64,000 nt of DNA, from NCBI GenBank assembly GCA_027622595.1, contig JAQBZZ010000001.1, forward strand, positions 8,181 to 72,180, given 5' to 3'. The DNA is from Chloroflexota bacterium. Its GTDB lineage: Bacteria > Chloroflexota > Dehalococcoidia > Lucifugimonadales > UBA2985. Below are positions 17,604 through 27,621 of the stretch, piece by piece (position 1 is the first letter of the stretch; every line of letters begins with the position of its first letter). Below the pieces are notes generated by a model that saw only the letters and a program-made list of their open reading frames with translations, was not told the origin of the DNA and made no database searches. Made by a program: the position numbers and the translations under genes.

Positions 17604-18395
17604 TTATTGAAACGGCCCAATCTGGATATCCGCAGGAAGCATCTGGTACTCTATCACCCTCCGCTCCTCAACCAAAGTTCTCTTACCTTCCTCACTCAAT
17701 TCCCACAGGCTGCTCCACCGGATGAGTGGGGTAATCTCCACAAACTCAATGCGGTTCACCATCTCCTGGCTAACGGTGGATGCATATACGGGAGTACCAA
17801 TGTATTCCAGACCTTCCGGGGAAAACTCCTTTGTGGTCGCGTACTGGTTCTCTAAGATTACACTTCGTTCCCCGTTCAGTTCCCCTCGCTCTATGTATGT
17901 CCAGCCGTTATCCAGGTACCGTTCATGCAAACCCCAAATGCCCTCTACCCACGTTGTGAGACTGTCCGCACCAGTTTCAGCCGTCATCTCCTTTCCTGTC
18001 GGGATCCAGGTGGAAACCCAACGCCCTCCTTCCCATTTTGATACGGTCAACAGCTCTCCCTGGAGGGTGCGGGAGACGCCTATTTGAAAGGACGTGTTGC
18101 CGTTGGCATCCGCACCCATCCACGCCTCTCCTAGCTTGTGTTCAGGGCCCACCCACGCTGCGTCTGGATTGCTTATTCGGGAGGAATCGAATTTCTTGTA
18201 GTTCTTAGACCTACGATAGAGTATTTTGCCCTCCACAAGTTGGTCCAGGACCATTTGTTTTTCTTGCTGCATGCGGTCCAGGATTTCACCCTCGGAGGGC
18301 GTGTCATCACGGAAAGCAGAGGTGAATACTAACCCAAGAATGATAATGCCTGCCATTATCATCAACTCCAGCATGTATTCCTTGACCTTAGTCAT
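17604..18395 (-). CDS. Membrane-anchored hypothetical protein
   Basis: 263 aa with a single N-terminal TM helix (LMIMAGIIILGLVF) and a Trp/Gly-rich soluble domain. Its ATG overlaps the pncB stop (ATGA at 18392-18395). Confidence 0.55.
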   Translation of the reverse strand: MTKVKEYMLELMIMAGIIILGLVFTSAFRDDTPSEGEILDRMQQEKQMVLDQLVEGKILYRRSKNYKKFDSSRISNPDAAWVGPEHKLGEAWMGADANGNTSFQIGVSRTLQGELLTVSKWEGGRWVSTWIPTGKEMTAETGADSLTTWVEGIWGLHERYLDNGWTYIERGELNGERSVILENQYATTKEFSPEGLEYIGTPVYASTVSQEMVNRIEFVEITPLIRWSSLWELSEEGKRTLVEERRVIEYQMLPADIQIGPFQ

Positions 18396-19774
18396 GCTAT
18401 CTCCGTTTCTTCCGCCTCTCTCTCCAGAGTCTTCTGAAGCCTCCGAAGATTCCGGCTTAGCCTCACCGGGTACTTGTTTGCTTTCTTCAAGCCCTTGAAG
18501 CGGTCATCCAGGGCAACAAAATCCCTCTGGAAGCGCCCCCTCAGTTCGTCCAGGGAAGGCAACGGTCTTATCAAACCACCTTCCTCCATGAAAATTTCCA
18601 AAAGAGCCTCCGCTCCGGGCTCTGGAAGAGGCTCGTCGGCCAGACCTATTACGTCGCCTCGAAGCCGTTGCTCGGAGTCCCGTAGCCGGAACACCTGCTT
18701 CTCGTCGGCCAGTGAGACCTTCCCTGTGCTGAGTTTGAGGACGGGCCGTCCGTCGTACCGCACCAGCTTGTAAGCCATGTCCAGCCAGGGGGCATCTCCC
18801 GAGACGCCCATACGAGTGCCAACTCCAAAGCCATCTATGGGAGCGCCCGCCTGCACCAGCCTCTCAACCTCGAACTCGTCAAGCCCTCCGCTGACCAGGA
18901 TGAGCACGTAGTTCAGCCCAGCTTCATCCAGCGTCTGCCGCACACGACGGCTCAGTTCCAAGAGGTCGCCGCTGTCCAGGCGCACCCCTCGCAGCCTGTG
19001 TCCCTGCGTCTCCATCTCATTGGCAACCACGGCGGCCTTGGTTACTCCAGCGATAGTATCGTAGGTGTCCAGGAGAAATACGGAGGTCTCAGGGAAGCTC
19101 TTGGCAAAGGCCCTGAAGGACTCTATCTCACGCTCAAAGCTGGTAACGTAGGCGTGGGCCATTGTTCCCGATACCGGTATCCCGTACGTCTTCCCGGCCA
19201 GGACGTTGCTGGTGGACTGGAAGCCGACCATGTAGCTGGACCGGGCCGCCTTCATGCCGGCGTCTACGCCGTGCGTACGCCTCAGAGAGAAGTCCACGAC
19301 GGCCCGACCTTGGGCCGCCCAAAAACATCGCGATGCCTTGGTGGCAATGACGCTCTGAAGGTTGATCTGGTTGATTGCCAGCGTCTCCACTATCTGAGCT
19401 TCGATGATGGGGGCTGTGATCTCCAGGACAGGCTCATCGTAGAAGTAGATTCTTCCCTCCGGGATGGCCCGAGCTTTCCCCGTGAATCTGAGATCCTTCA
19501 AATAATCCAGGAAATCATCGGCGAATATACCTGTGGAGTGCAGGTAGTCGATGGCGTCCGGTGAAACGGAGAACTCTTCCAGGTAGTGCAGGACATCCTC
19601 CAGGCCTGCGGCGACCAGATAGGGCCTGTTGACCCTGGACTGACGCACGAAGAGGCTGAAGGTGGCCGACGCAAACATCCGCTGCTGAAGGTAGCTCTGG
19701 GCCATCGTCAGCTCATAGAGGTCGGTGAATAGAGCAGTTTCTTCGATGGAGAGTGCACCGGGCTTCTTGCTCAT
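18392..19774 (-). CDS. pncB: Nicotinate phosphoribosyltransferase
   Basis: 460 aa. LFTDLYELTMAQSY, GTMAHAYV and GVRLDSGD follow the NAPRTase family pattern. Confidence 0.9.
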   Translation of the reverse strand: MSKKPGALSIEETALFTDLYELTMAQSYLQQRMFASATFSLFVRQSRVNRPYLVAAGLEDVLHYLEEFSVSPDAIDYLHSTGIFADDFLDYLKDLRFTGKARAIPEGRIYFYDEPVLEITAPIIEAQIVETLAINQINLQSVIATKASRCFWAAQGRAVVDFSLRRTHGVDAGMKAARSSYMVGFQSTSNVLAGKTYGIPVSGTMAHAYVTSFEREIESFRAFAKSFPETSVFLLDTYDTIAGVTKAAVVANEMETQGHRLRGVRLDSGDLLELSRRVRQTLDEAGLNYVLILVSGGLDEFEVERLVQAGAPIDGFGVGTRMGVSGDAPWLDMAYKLVRYDGRPVLKLSTGKVSLADEKQVFRLRDSEQRLRGDVIGLADEPLPEPGAEALLEIFMEEGGLIRPLPSLDELRGRFQRDFVALDDRFKGLKKANKYPVRLSRNLRRLQKTLEREAEETEIA

Positions 19775-20070
19775 CTGCCTACTTTCTCTTTGTCACAACT
19801 CAGGGTCCCAACTTAGGGGTTTTGACACTCGACCCGGGTATGTCCTAAGTTTACGGACATGGGTTGTATCCGTCAAAGGCTGCTTAGCACATATGCTTGC
19901 CCTGGAACACGACGTAAAGACCTCCCGCGACACCCTCTTCTATAGTAGAATCCCATCAGGAATAATTGTCGATATACAGGCCGCTCCGGCCAGTATATCC
20001 AATGCAGTGCTTAAATGCACTTGTAAACACTTAGCATTACATATCTTGTAAATACCATATTTAGGAAAAA

Positions 20071-22239
20071 TTGATACCACTTAAGCTATCGTTAAAAAAC
20101 TTCCTCTCGTACCGGGACAGCGCGCCCGTCCTTGACCTGGAGGGAGTGCACGTCGCCTGTCTGTGCGGCGACAACGGCCACGGCAAATCGGCCCTTCTGG
20201 ACGCCATAACCTGGGCACTCTGGGGCACCGCCCGCGCCAGGGTGCAGGAGGAACTGGTCTATCAGGGCGAGAGCGAGATGCGCGTTGACCTGGAGTTCCA
20301 GGCCGGCGATGGCCGGTACAGAGTGGCAAGGAGGTTTGCTCGTGCCTCCCGCGGTCGCCAGGGAACAACGTTCCTTGAGCTTTTTCACTCCTCGGAGGAC
20401 GGATTCCAGCCCATCACAGGCAACTCCGTGAGGGAGACCGAGGCAAAGATCCGCTCCCTGCTCCGCATGGACTACGACACATTCGTCAACAGCGCCTTCA
20501 TCCTCCAGGGACGGGCCGATATGTTCACCACCAGCACGCCGTCCAAGCGCAAGGAGCTTCTTGGCGAGGTGCTCAACCTGTCCTGGTACGAGCGTCTGGC
20601 TGAAAGGGCAAGGGCACAGGCCAGGGGGGAAGACGCCTCGATACGTCTGTTGGGCGCCGAGATAAGCAGCATCGATAGCGAGTTGTCTCGCAAAGAGGAG
20701 TACCAGGCTCGTCTGGATACCATAGCTGGAGAACTGACCGCCCTGGACACCGATGTGAAGGGCCGCGAGGCAAGGCTGGATGGCCTTCAGGGAGAAATCC
20801 AACGACTTCAAGGCCTTCAGCAGGAGCTAGGGGGACTGGAGCGGGAGGAAAAACGCGTCCTGGAGGAAACTACGGGTCGAGAGTCGCGGGTGGGACAGCA
20901 AAGAAAACGCATTGGGGAACTTCATGCCGACGCAGAACGCCTGCCAAAGATGGAAGCCGATCTTGCCAAGGTTCGTATCTCCCTGGAGCAGATGGCTGTT
21001 CCGTCCCCGGAACTGGAACAGCAGAGGCGTCACGTCCATGACCTCCAATCGCAGGCGCTCCATCTCAAAGAGGTCAACGTTGCTTTGAAAGCGGAGATGG
21101 ACGACCTTCGAGTGAAGGTGGATTTGCTCCATGAGGCGAGCGGCAGGCCGGATGGAATCGGGGCCAGTTGTCCTCTGTGCGGCGAAGACCTTGGAGAAGA
21201 GGGGTGTGAGCGTCTCGCCGCCAGCTACGAGGCCCAGGGAAGACAGAAGGCCGGCAGCCATCGTGAGAACGAAGCGTCCGTCCGTCAGATGGAGTCGGAG
21301 AGAGCCGGACTGGAGATGGAAGTCGCGAAGAGAGAAGTCGAGTCGCTAAACGCCCGTCAGAAAGAGGAGAATCGTCGAGATACTCTTTTCAAAGCTGTAG
21401 AAAGAGCCGGTGCTGCAATCGATATGGTCGCCCAGCTAACCGTCGGGCTGGAATCTGAGGAGGCGCTGTTACATGCAAACCACCAGCGGTTGCAGGAAGT
21501 GCAGCAGGCCATGCCTCTCCTGAAAGAGGTACTCGTCTCGCTGTCGGGCGTTCTGGATGCTCAAAACGAGGAGAAGTCGCAACTGGCAGCTCTTAGGACA
21601 CACCAGCAGAAACTCATTGAAGACCGGGGTGTGATACAGGCTCACCTTGAGCGGTGCCGTGAACTTGAGCTTCGGCGCGTGGAAAAGGTCGAAGCCCATG
21701 GCGTAGCTTCACATCAGAAGGGGGTGTTCGATCAGCTATCCGGCGCTTTTGGAAAGGGTGGAATACAGGCTCTTTTGATCGAGCAAGCCCTTCCTGAGCT
21801 GGAAGACCAGGCCAACGACATTCTGGGCCGCGTCACCGATCACCGCATGAACCTGAAGCTGGAGACACAGCGGGAGAGGCGTGGGGGCGGGGATCCCAGG
21901 GAGACCCTCGACATCAAAATTTCCGATGAGCTTGGCACACGCAGCTATGAGACGTACAGTGGCGGCGAGGCCTTCCGCATCAACTTCGCCCTGCGCATCG
22001 CCCTCTCCAAGCTCCTTGCACACCGCTCCGGCGCTCCCCTACCAACCCTTTTCATCGACGAAGGGTTCGGCACCCAGGATGCCTCCGGCCTGGAGAGGCT
22101 GGTGCAGGTCATCAATGCTATCCAGGACGACTTCCAGAGGATCATCGTCATCACCCACATCGAAGAACTGAAAGAGGCCTTCCCTGTGCGCATCGAGGTC
22201 ACAAAGACCAACGAAGGCTCCACCTTCACCATGACCTAG
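20071..22239 (+). CDS. SbcC/Rad50-like SMC-family ATPase (short form, no adjacent SbcD)
   Basis: 722 aa with a TTG start. It has a Walker A (CGDNGHGKSALLDAITWALWG), a long coiled-coil with a CPLCG zinc hook, the signature YSGGEAFRINFALRIALS and a Walker B (LFIDEGFGTQD). Confidence 0.85.
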   Translation: MIPLKLSLKNFLSYRDSAPVLDLEGVHVACLCGDNGHGKSALLDAITWALWGTARARVQEELVYQGESEMRVDLEFQAGDGRYRVARRFARASRGRQGTTFLELFHSSEDGFQPITGNSVRETEAKIRSLLRMDYDTFVNSAFILQGRADMFTTSTPSKRKELLGEVLNLSWYERLAERARAQARGEDASIRLLGAEISSIDSELSRKEEYQARLDTIAGELTALDTDVKGREARLDGLQGEIQRLQGLQQELGGLEREEKRVLEETTGRESRVGQQRKRIGELHADAERLPKMEADLAKVRISLEQMAVPSPELEQQRRHVHDLQSQALHLKEVNVALKAEMDDLRVKVDLLHEASGRPDGIGASCPLCGEDLGEEGCERLAASYEAQGRQKAGSHRENEASVRQMESERAGLEMEVAKREVESLNARQKEENRRDTLFKAVERAGAAIDMVAQLTVGLESEEALLHANHQRLQEVQQAMPLLKEVLVSLSGVLDAQNEEKSQLAALRTHQQKLIEDRGVIQAHLERCRELELRRVEKVEAHGVASHQKGVFDQLSGAFGKGGIQALLIEQALPELEDQANDILGRVTDHRMNLKLETQRERRGGGDPRETLDIKISDELGTRSYETYSGGEAFRINFALRIALSKLLAHRSGAPLPTLFIDEGFGTQDASGLERLVQVINAIQDDFQRIIVITHIEELKEAFPVRIEVTKTNEGSTFTMT

Positions 22240-22272
22240 CAGCCGTAAGGCCATTCTCCGCTCACATTACTA

Positions 22273-23610
22273 TCAAGGCTGCGAAGTGCCAGGGGTGCCC
22301 TCTTGCGGACTTGCCATGAGGTTTTGGTCTGGCCCAGCAGGCACTATCGGCACCTGCGGACGCCGCGCTATGAAGAGAGCCACTGCACCCAGTGCAAGGA
22401 ACAGGGATACCGACTGGAGCCCAAGGCGATAGCTATCGAAGCTGTCGACCATCCATCCTACGAAGATCGGGCCAAGGACTGCGCCCGGCAGGTCTACGAA
22501 CTGTAGCAGGCCGCTGATGGTCCCGAAGTTACGTCGTCCATAGAAATGTGCCACAAGGGCCTGCCGTAGAGCAGCCGACCCGCCGTAAGCCGGACCGAGC
22601 ACTATTATATAGAGCGGAGCCCATTCGAGACCGGGAATGAGAGACATGATGAGGACGCCCAGCCCTTGAAGAAGCAGCGTTATGCCGAGCAGAACACGTA
22701 TGTTTACCAAGTCTCCTATCCACCCGAAGACAATGCGTCCCGGGACTGATAGCAAGAGCGTTAACGACGCTATGCTGGCTGCCTTCACGGAGCTTGCCTC
22801 CATCTCCTCAATGAGGAATGGAATGTGATACACAGCGACGACGGTGACGGTCACAGACCAGCTGGCAAAGGCCACGGCGACAAGCCAGAAGGAGAGTGAC
22901 CTCAATGCCTGACGCGGCGTAAGCTCAATCTCCAGAGGCTCCTGCTTCCCTGGTGTTGCCGTTGCATTGGCGACGACCGGCGTTGGCGCTCCGTCGGGGT
23001 TGAGGCCGCGTTGCTCCGGGCGATGGTGCACCAATGACACCAGCGGAAGCCCGATCAACCAGTAGGCGAGCGCGGCGACGACGGCACTTGTCCTCCAGCC
23101 GTAGTTCTCGGTGAGCCAGGCCACCATGAAGACGGCGCTGCCTCCAAGGCCGATGCCAGCAAGCAAGATCCCCATCGCCCTGGCCCTCTTGCGGATGAAC
23201 CAGTTGGCTACGGCAATGTTGATTGGGCGGCCGCCACCGAAGCTGGACGCAGCGCTGATGAGAATGAATACTAGGTAGAGCATCCACAGCTTTGTGATGA
23301 GGCTCAGGAGAATAAAACACACGCCCATGGTGGTGATGCCGAAGTACATCAGACGCCGCGGGCCGTACCTATCGATGAGCCATCCGGCCAGAGGAGCTAT
23401 GAGGCCGCCTTGCAGCCTCGCCAGGCCGATGACGCCGCCAAGCGCCGCCCGGCTGGAGCCAAGCTCATTCAGCAGCGGGACGTAGTAGACACCAAACCCG
23501 TAGGTATAGAAAGCGCCGTTGAGGATGGCAATCGTGATGCCGACGGCTACTATCCACCACCCGTAGAAGACTCGCCGTACCCCGGGAATGTTTGAGACCA
23601 ACGTCTCCAT
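22273..23610 (-). CDS. MFS transporter
   Basis: 445 aa with about 12 predicted TM helices and the GWLIDRYGPRR loop motif. Confidence 0.85.
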   Translation of the reverse strand: METLVSNIPGVRRVFYGWWIVAVGITIAILNGAFYTYGFGVYYVPLLNELGSSRAALGGVIGLARLQGGLIAPLAGWLIDRYGPRRLMYFGITTMGVCFILLSLITKLWMLYLVFILISAASSFGGGRPINIAVANWFIRKRARAMGILLAGIGLGGSAVFMVAWLTENYGWRTSAVVAALAYWLIGLPLVSLVHHRPEQRGLNPDGAPTPVVANATATPGKQEPLEIELTPRQALRSLSFWLVAVAFASWSVTVTVVAVYHIPFLIEEMEASSVKAASIASLTLLLSVPGRIVFGWIGDLVNIRVLLGITLLLQGLGVLIMSLIPGLEWAPLYIIVLGPAYGGSAALRQALVAHFYGRRNFGTISGLLQFVDLPGAVLGPIFVGWMVDSFDSYRLGLQSVSLFLALGAVALFIARRPQVPIVPAGPDQNLMASPQEGTPGTSQP

Positions 23611-23965
23611 TTTACTACCTCATGACCCAAGATTGAGACATGCCCTCAGATGAGAGGCTTATCCCGCCAGTCTCCTGGTCTGATGAAACTAACAACTGTG
23701 TGTGACGTAGAACCGCTCAGTTCAAGCCTATGATTACCGGGTTTACAGATAATTCCAATTTCGGCTGGCCTGAGTGTTCGTGTAACAGCCGGAACGAGAT
23801 GGCGCAATGATAAACTGGCCTTTTCACAGCGTCAATCCCCTGTATCCAGCATAAGTTACGATTTCAGCAGCGAAACACCAATCTAGCCCCTATTCTTCGT
23901 TATCAACAACATCAAAGCCACCAGGACTACCGGAGGCTCCACCCTCACGATTACTTGGGCGGGTG

Positions 23966-24430
23966 TTAAAACCCCTCCACTCGCACCTGTGGCGCTCGCT
24001 CCTTCAGCACGCGCAGGAACTCCTGGCGGTCCCGTGGGCTTATGACCACACGTCGCATCCATCCTGTTGGGCGTGTCTCAATGATGATGTTGTCTCTGGA
24101 GAACGCCAGCCTCAGCCGCGGTTCCCGAAACGAGGACACCTGCGCCCACAATCCTCCCTTGCGCACAAGCACCAGCTTCTCCAATGGATAAGTGAGGCGC
24201 AGAGGCCCAAAGACGATTCTCAGTTTCGACTCTTCCACCAGATACCGGCTGCCAAAGAGAATCCAGAAACTCAGAAGGCCAAGGACAATTATCACAAGGA
24301 AGGCCCAGAAGCCTCCCTCAGGGTCCAGCAGCGTCATCACCGCGGTAATGCCGAGCACTCCGAAGATCAGGGTCGGGAGCCACCAGTCCATCTTGAGTCG
24401 GAAGGTGATAGTGAACATAGCGAATAACAC
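23966..24430 (-). CDS. Membrane protein with a bacterial PH-like domain
   Basis: 154 aa with two N-terminal TM helices followed by a segment resembling bPH/YdbS-type domains (SRYLVEESKLRIVFGPLRLTYPLEKL...IIIETRP...VVISPRDRQEFL). The start is uncertain (GTG 24430 or ATG 24418). Confidence 0.5.
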   Translation of the reverse strand: MLFAMFTITFRLKMDWWLPTLIFGVLGITAVMTLLDPEGGFWAFLVIIVLGLLSFWILFGSRYLVEESKLRIVFGPLRLTYPLEKLVLVRKGGLWAQVSSFREPRLRLAFSRDNIIIETRPTGWMRRVVISPRDRQEFLRVLKERAPQVRVEGF

Positions 24431-24571
24431 CTCAATTTAACTGTACACAGATATTTTATCAGAACTGACGTGGGCGCGGGGTTTGTCCTGCCACACACGT
24501 TGCTATTAGTAGAGTACGTTCAGGCGAGTACAACGCTGGTAAAAAGTGGGTGCAGGGCACGCCCTGCTTCG

Positions 24572-24600
24572 TTGACAGCCATCCAGCCCCTTGCTATATT
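24572..24600 (+). promoter_or_regulatory. Sigma70-type promoter candidate for hpt-ade-HAD
   Basis: TTGACA (24572-24577), a 17-nt spacer, then TATATT (24595-24600). The hpt ATG is at 24616, so the leader would be very short. Confidence 0.5.
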
Positions 24601-24615
24601 CGCGTGTGGGAGCAA

Positions 24616-25164
24616 ATGACCTCTTCTTTTGAAAAAACCTCGCAGGTACTCATATCCAGGGAGCAGATAGCGGAGGCCGTTAAGCGCATGGCCCACCAGA
24701 TAGAAATAGACTATCCCACGGAGATGCCCCTGCTGGTGGGCGTTCTCAAAGGCTCCTTTATCTTCCTGGCCGACCTTGTACGGCAGATGCAGCGTCCCGT
24801 GGAGCTGGACTTCCTTCGCCTCTCCAGCTATGGAAATGATACTAGATCGTCCGGCAGGGTACGGCTTCGCATGGGTGTCACCAGCCTCGTTAAAGGGAGA
24901 GACGTGCTTGTGGTGGAGGATGTAGTTGACACCGGACTCACCACCTCCTACGCCGCTAAGTATCTGAAGCGAAAGGGCGCTTCCTCCGTAAAGCTCTGCA
25001 CGCTGCTGGACAAGCCATCTCGCAGGCATGTGCCCATGGCACCGGACTACGTGGGGTTCACTGTGCCCAACCAGTTCATCGTGGGTTATGGTCTGGACTT
25101 CAACGAGCAGTACCGCCATCTACCCGACATCTGCATCCTTACAGGAGGTAACCATGAGCCTTAA
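24616..25164 (+). CDS. hpt: Hypoxanthine(-guanine) phosphoribosyltransferase
   Basis: VLVVEDVVDTGLT (PRPP-binding) and VGYGLDFNEQYR. I set the start to ATG 24616. The track's upstream extension is non-homologous. Confidence 0.92.
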   Translation: MTSSFEKTSQVLISREQIAEAVKRMAHQIEIDYPTEMPLLVGVLKGSFIFLADLVRQMQRPVELDFLRLSSYGNDTRSSGRVRLRMGVTSLVKGRDVLVVEDVVDTGLTTSYAAKYLKRKGASSVKLCTLLDKPSRRHVPMAPDYVGFTVPNQFIVGYGLDFNEQYRHLPDICILTGGNHEP

Positions 25165-26863
25165 GGGACTCATAGAGGTGGCTCGCGGAGACGCCAGAGC
25201 CGACCTGATATTTTCCAACGCCCGAATCGTCAACACCTTCACAGGTGAGATCGAGGAGAGCAGCGTGGCCGTGTACAAGGACCGTGTGGCCGGTATCGGC
25301 GATTACAGCGACGCGCGTCGTGTCATTGACCTTGGCGGCAAATTTCTGGCACCGGGCTTCATAGACGGCCACTTTCACCTTGAGAGCACCTACCTCCACG
25401 TTGACCAGTTTGCCAGGGCGGTGGTTCCAAGGGGCACCCTTGCCGCGGTGACCGACCTCCACGAAGTGACCAACGTGGCCGGCCTGGAGGGCATGCGGTA
25501 CATCATGGACTGCGCCCGCAGAGTGCCCGTCGACCTCTTCTTCATGGCCCCGTCCTGCGTCCCATCTACCTCCATGGAGACATCCGGGGCCACTCTGGAA
25601 CCCAGCGACATCCGCAAGGCCCTGCGATGGAAGCGAGTCCTTGGCCTGGGGGAGCTGATGAATTTTCCAGGAGTCATCAATGCCGATCCTCACGTCCTTG
25701 AGAAGGTACAGGCAGCCCGCGGACGCCCCAAAGACGGCCACGCCCCCCGTGTGCGCGGCAAGGCGCTCAACGCGTACCTATCGCCCATCATCGGCTCCGA
25801 CCACGAGTCCACCGAGTACGAAGAGGGCCTTGAGAAGCTGCGCCGAGGCATGCGGCTCATGATAAGAGAAGGCTCTGCGGAGAAAAACCTGGAGGAAATG
25901 CTGCCCCTTGTCAACGACGGCAACTACCACCGGTGCATGCTCGTGGTCGATGACCGTAGCGCTCTCGACATTCTGGAGGAGGGCGACGTTGATGCTGTGG
26001 TGCGCAAGGCCATTCGCCTCGGCCTCAATCCGGTCAGGGCTATCCAGATGGCATCCCTCAACGTGGCAGAATACTTCCACCTGGAGGGCCTTGGCGGCAT
26101 AGCCCCGGGCTACTACGCCAACATGCTGGTCATCGGCGACCTGAATGCCCTGGACATCCAGCAGGTGTACTATCGGGGACGCCTGGTGGCCCAGGACGGA
26201 AAGTCCTCATTCACCTCAACTATGCCCGCAAACCAGGCTATAACCCGCACCATGCGGGTCAAACCCTTTACCACGGCGAACCTGGCCCTAGCCGCAGGGG
26301 CCGCCGACACCTTTCCGGTGATCGAGATTGTGCCTGGGCAGATCGTGACCCGCAGGCTTGACGAGCGTCCCAGTCGCAGCAATGGCACAATAGTCGCCGA
26401 CCCCGCTAAGGACATGCTCAAGCTGGTGGTAGTGGAGCGGCACCACTCCACGGGCAACATCGGCATAGGGCTGGTCAAGGGCTTTGGCCTGAAGAAGGGG
26501 GCCATAGCCACCTCCGTTGCCCACGACTCCCATAACATCGTCGCGGCCGGGGTATCCGATGACGACATTTACGCGGCCATCAAAGAAGTCGAGGGCAACC
26601 AGGGTGGGCTGGCCGTGGCAGCCGATGGTAAAGTCCTGGCCTCGTTGCCCCTGCCAATCGCCGGACTCCTTTCACAGGAGCCCCTGGAGACGGTGGCTGC
26701 GAAGATAAAGGAGTTGGAGCGTCTGGCGGTGGAACTGGGATGCAAGGTTCCCTCACCCTTCTCCATCCTCTCCTTCCTGGCTCTGCCGGTCATACCTGAG
26801 CTGAAGCTGACGGACATGGGCCTTGTGGACGTTATGGCGGCCAAGCTTCTGGAGATGGTATAA
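25154..26863 (+). CDS. ade: Adenine deaminase
   Basis: PGFIDGHFHLES, SDHES and the full-length adenine deaminase pattern. The ATG at 25154 is preceded by AGGAGG and overlaps the hpt end by 11 nt. Confidence 0.9.
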   Translation: MSLKGLIEVARGDARADLIFSNARIVNTFTGEIEESSVAVYKDRVAGIGDYSDARRVIDLGGKFLAPGFIDGHFHLESTYLHVDQFARAVVPRGTLAAVTDLHEVTNVAGLEGMRYIMDCARRVPVDLFFMAPSCVPSTSMETSGATLEPSDIRKALRWKRVLGLGELMNFPGVINADPHVLEKVQAARGRPKDGHAPRVRGKALNAYLSPIIGSDHESTEYEEGLEKLRRGMRLMIREGSAEKNLEEMLPLVNDGNYHRCMLVVDDRSALDILEEGDVDAVVRKAIRLGLNPVRAIQMASLNVAEYFHLEGLGGIAPGYYANMLVIGDLNALDIQQVYYRGRLVAQDGKSSFTSTMPANQAITRTMRVKPFTTANLALAAGAADTFPVIEIVPGQIVTRRLDERPSRSNGTIVADPAKDMLKLVVVERHHSTGNIGIGLVKGFGLKKGAIATSVAHDSHNIVAAGVSDDDIYAAIKEVEGNQGGLAVAADGKVLASLPLPIAGLLSQEPLETVAAKIKELERLAVELGCKVPSPFSILSFLALPVIPELKLTDMGLVDVMAAKLLEMV

Positions 26864-26868
26864 GCACA

Positions 26869-27621
26869 ATGACCACCATCGAAGCCGTCACATTCGATCT
26901 GTGGCAGACCCTCATCCTGGACGACCGTGAGCTGGGCAGGGCCAGAACGCGGCGCCGCCTGGATGGGGCGCTTGAAGCCCTCACAGACGCGGGCTATGAC
27001 TTCTCCTTTGAGCAATTGCAGGAGGCCTACCGCAGTTGTTTCAGGACATGTCGCGTCATTCACTCCGAGGAGAAGGACGTTACCTTCGATGAGCAGGTGG
27101 GCATGTTCATCAACAACATAGATGAAGACCTGTCACTGCGGTTGGACAGTCAGGTGGTGGAACGCATCACCTACTGGTACGCGGAGGCGTTCTTCGAATT
27201 TCCTCCTCCCGTTGCACCTGAGGCATACAAGGTGCTGGAAGAGGTGAGGAGAATGGGATACCGCGTTGGCCTGATCTCCAATACGGGCATGACTCCAGGC
27301 AGGCTGTTCCGCAGATACCTGGACCAGCACGACCTCCTGGACTTCTTCCATGTCCTCACCTTCTCCGATGAGGTGAAGCTATGCAAGCCTTCGACGGAGA
27401 TGTTCCACCTCACCCTTCAGGAACTGGGCACGACTCCGGACAGGGCGGTCCACCTGGGAGACCACATCCAGAACGACGTTTTAGGGGCCAACCGTGCCGG
27501 CATGAAGAGCGTGCTCCTTGGCACAGCCGAAGGCCAGGAGAAGGTGGCCGACCCTCATCTGCAAGTCCTGAACCTTGGCGAGTTTCCTAAGGCCCTGGAG
27601 CAATCGCCTCTGCTCACGTGA
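26869..27621 (+). CDS. HAD superfamily hydrolase
   Basis: 250 aa with motif I FDLWQTL, motif II ISNT and motif IV GDHIQNDVLGA. The substrate is unknown. Confidence 0.8.
   Translation: MTTIEAVTFDLWQTLILDDRELGRARTRRRLDGALEALTDAGYDFSFEQLQEAYRSCFRTCRVIHSEEKDVTFDEQVGMFINNIDEDLSLRLDSQVVERITYWYAEAFFEFPPPVAPEAYKVLEEVRRMGYRVGLISNTGMTPGRLFRRYLDQHDLLDFFHVLTFSDEVKLCKPSTEMFHLTLQELGTTPDRAVHLGDHIQNDVLGANRAGMKSVLLGTAEGQEKVADPHLQVLNLGEFPKALEQSPLLT

Noticed and set aside
24520-25119. A 199-aa minus-strand ORF overlapping hpt.
   Set aside because: It is antisense to a clear HGPRT gene and has no recognisable domain.
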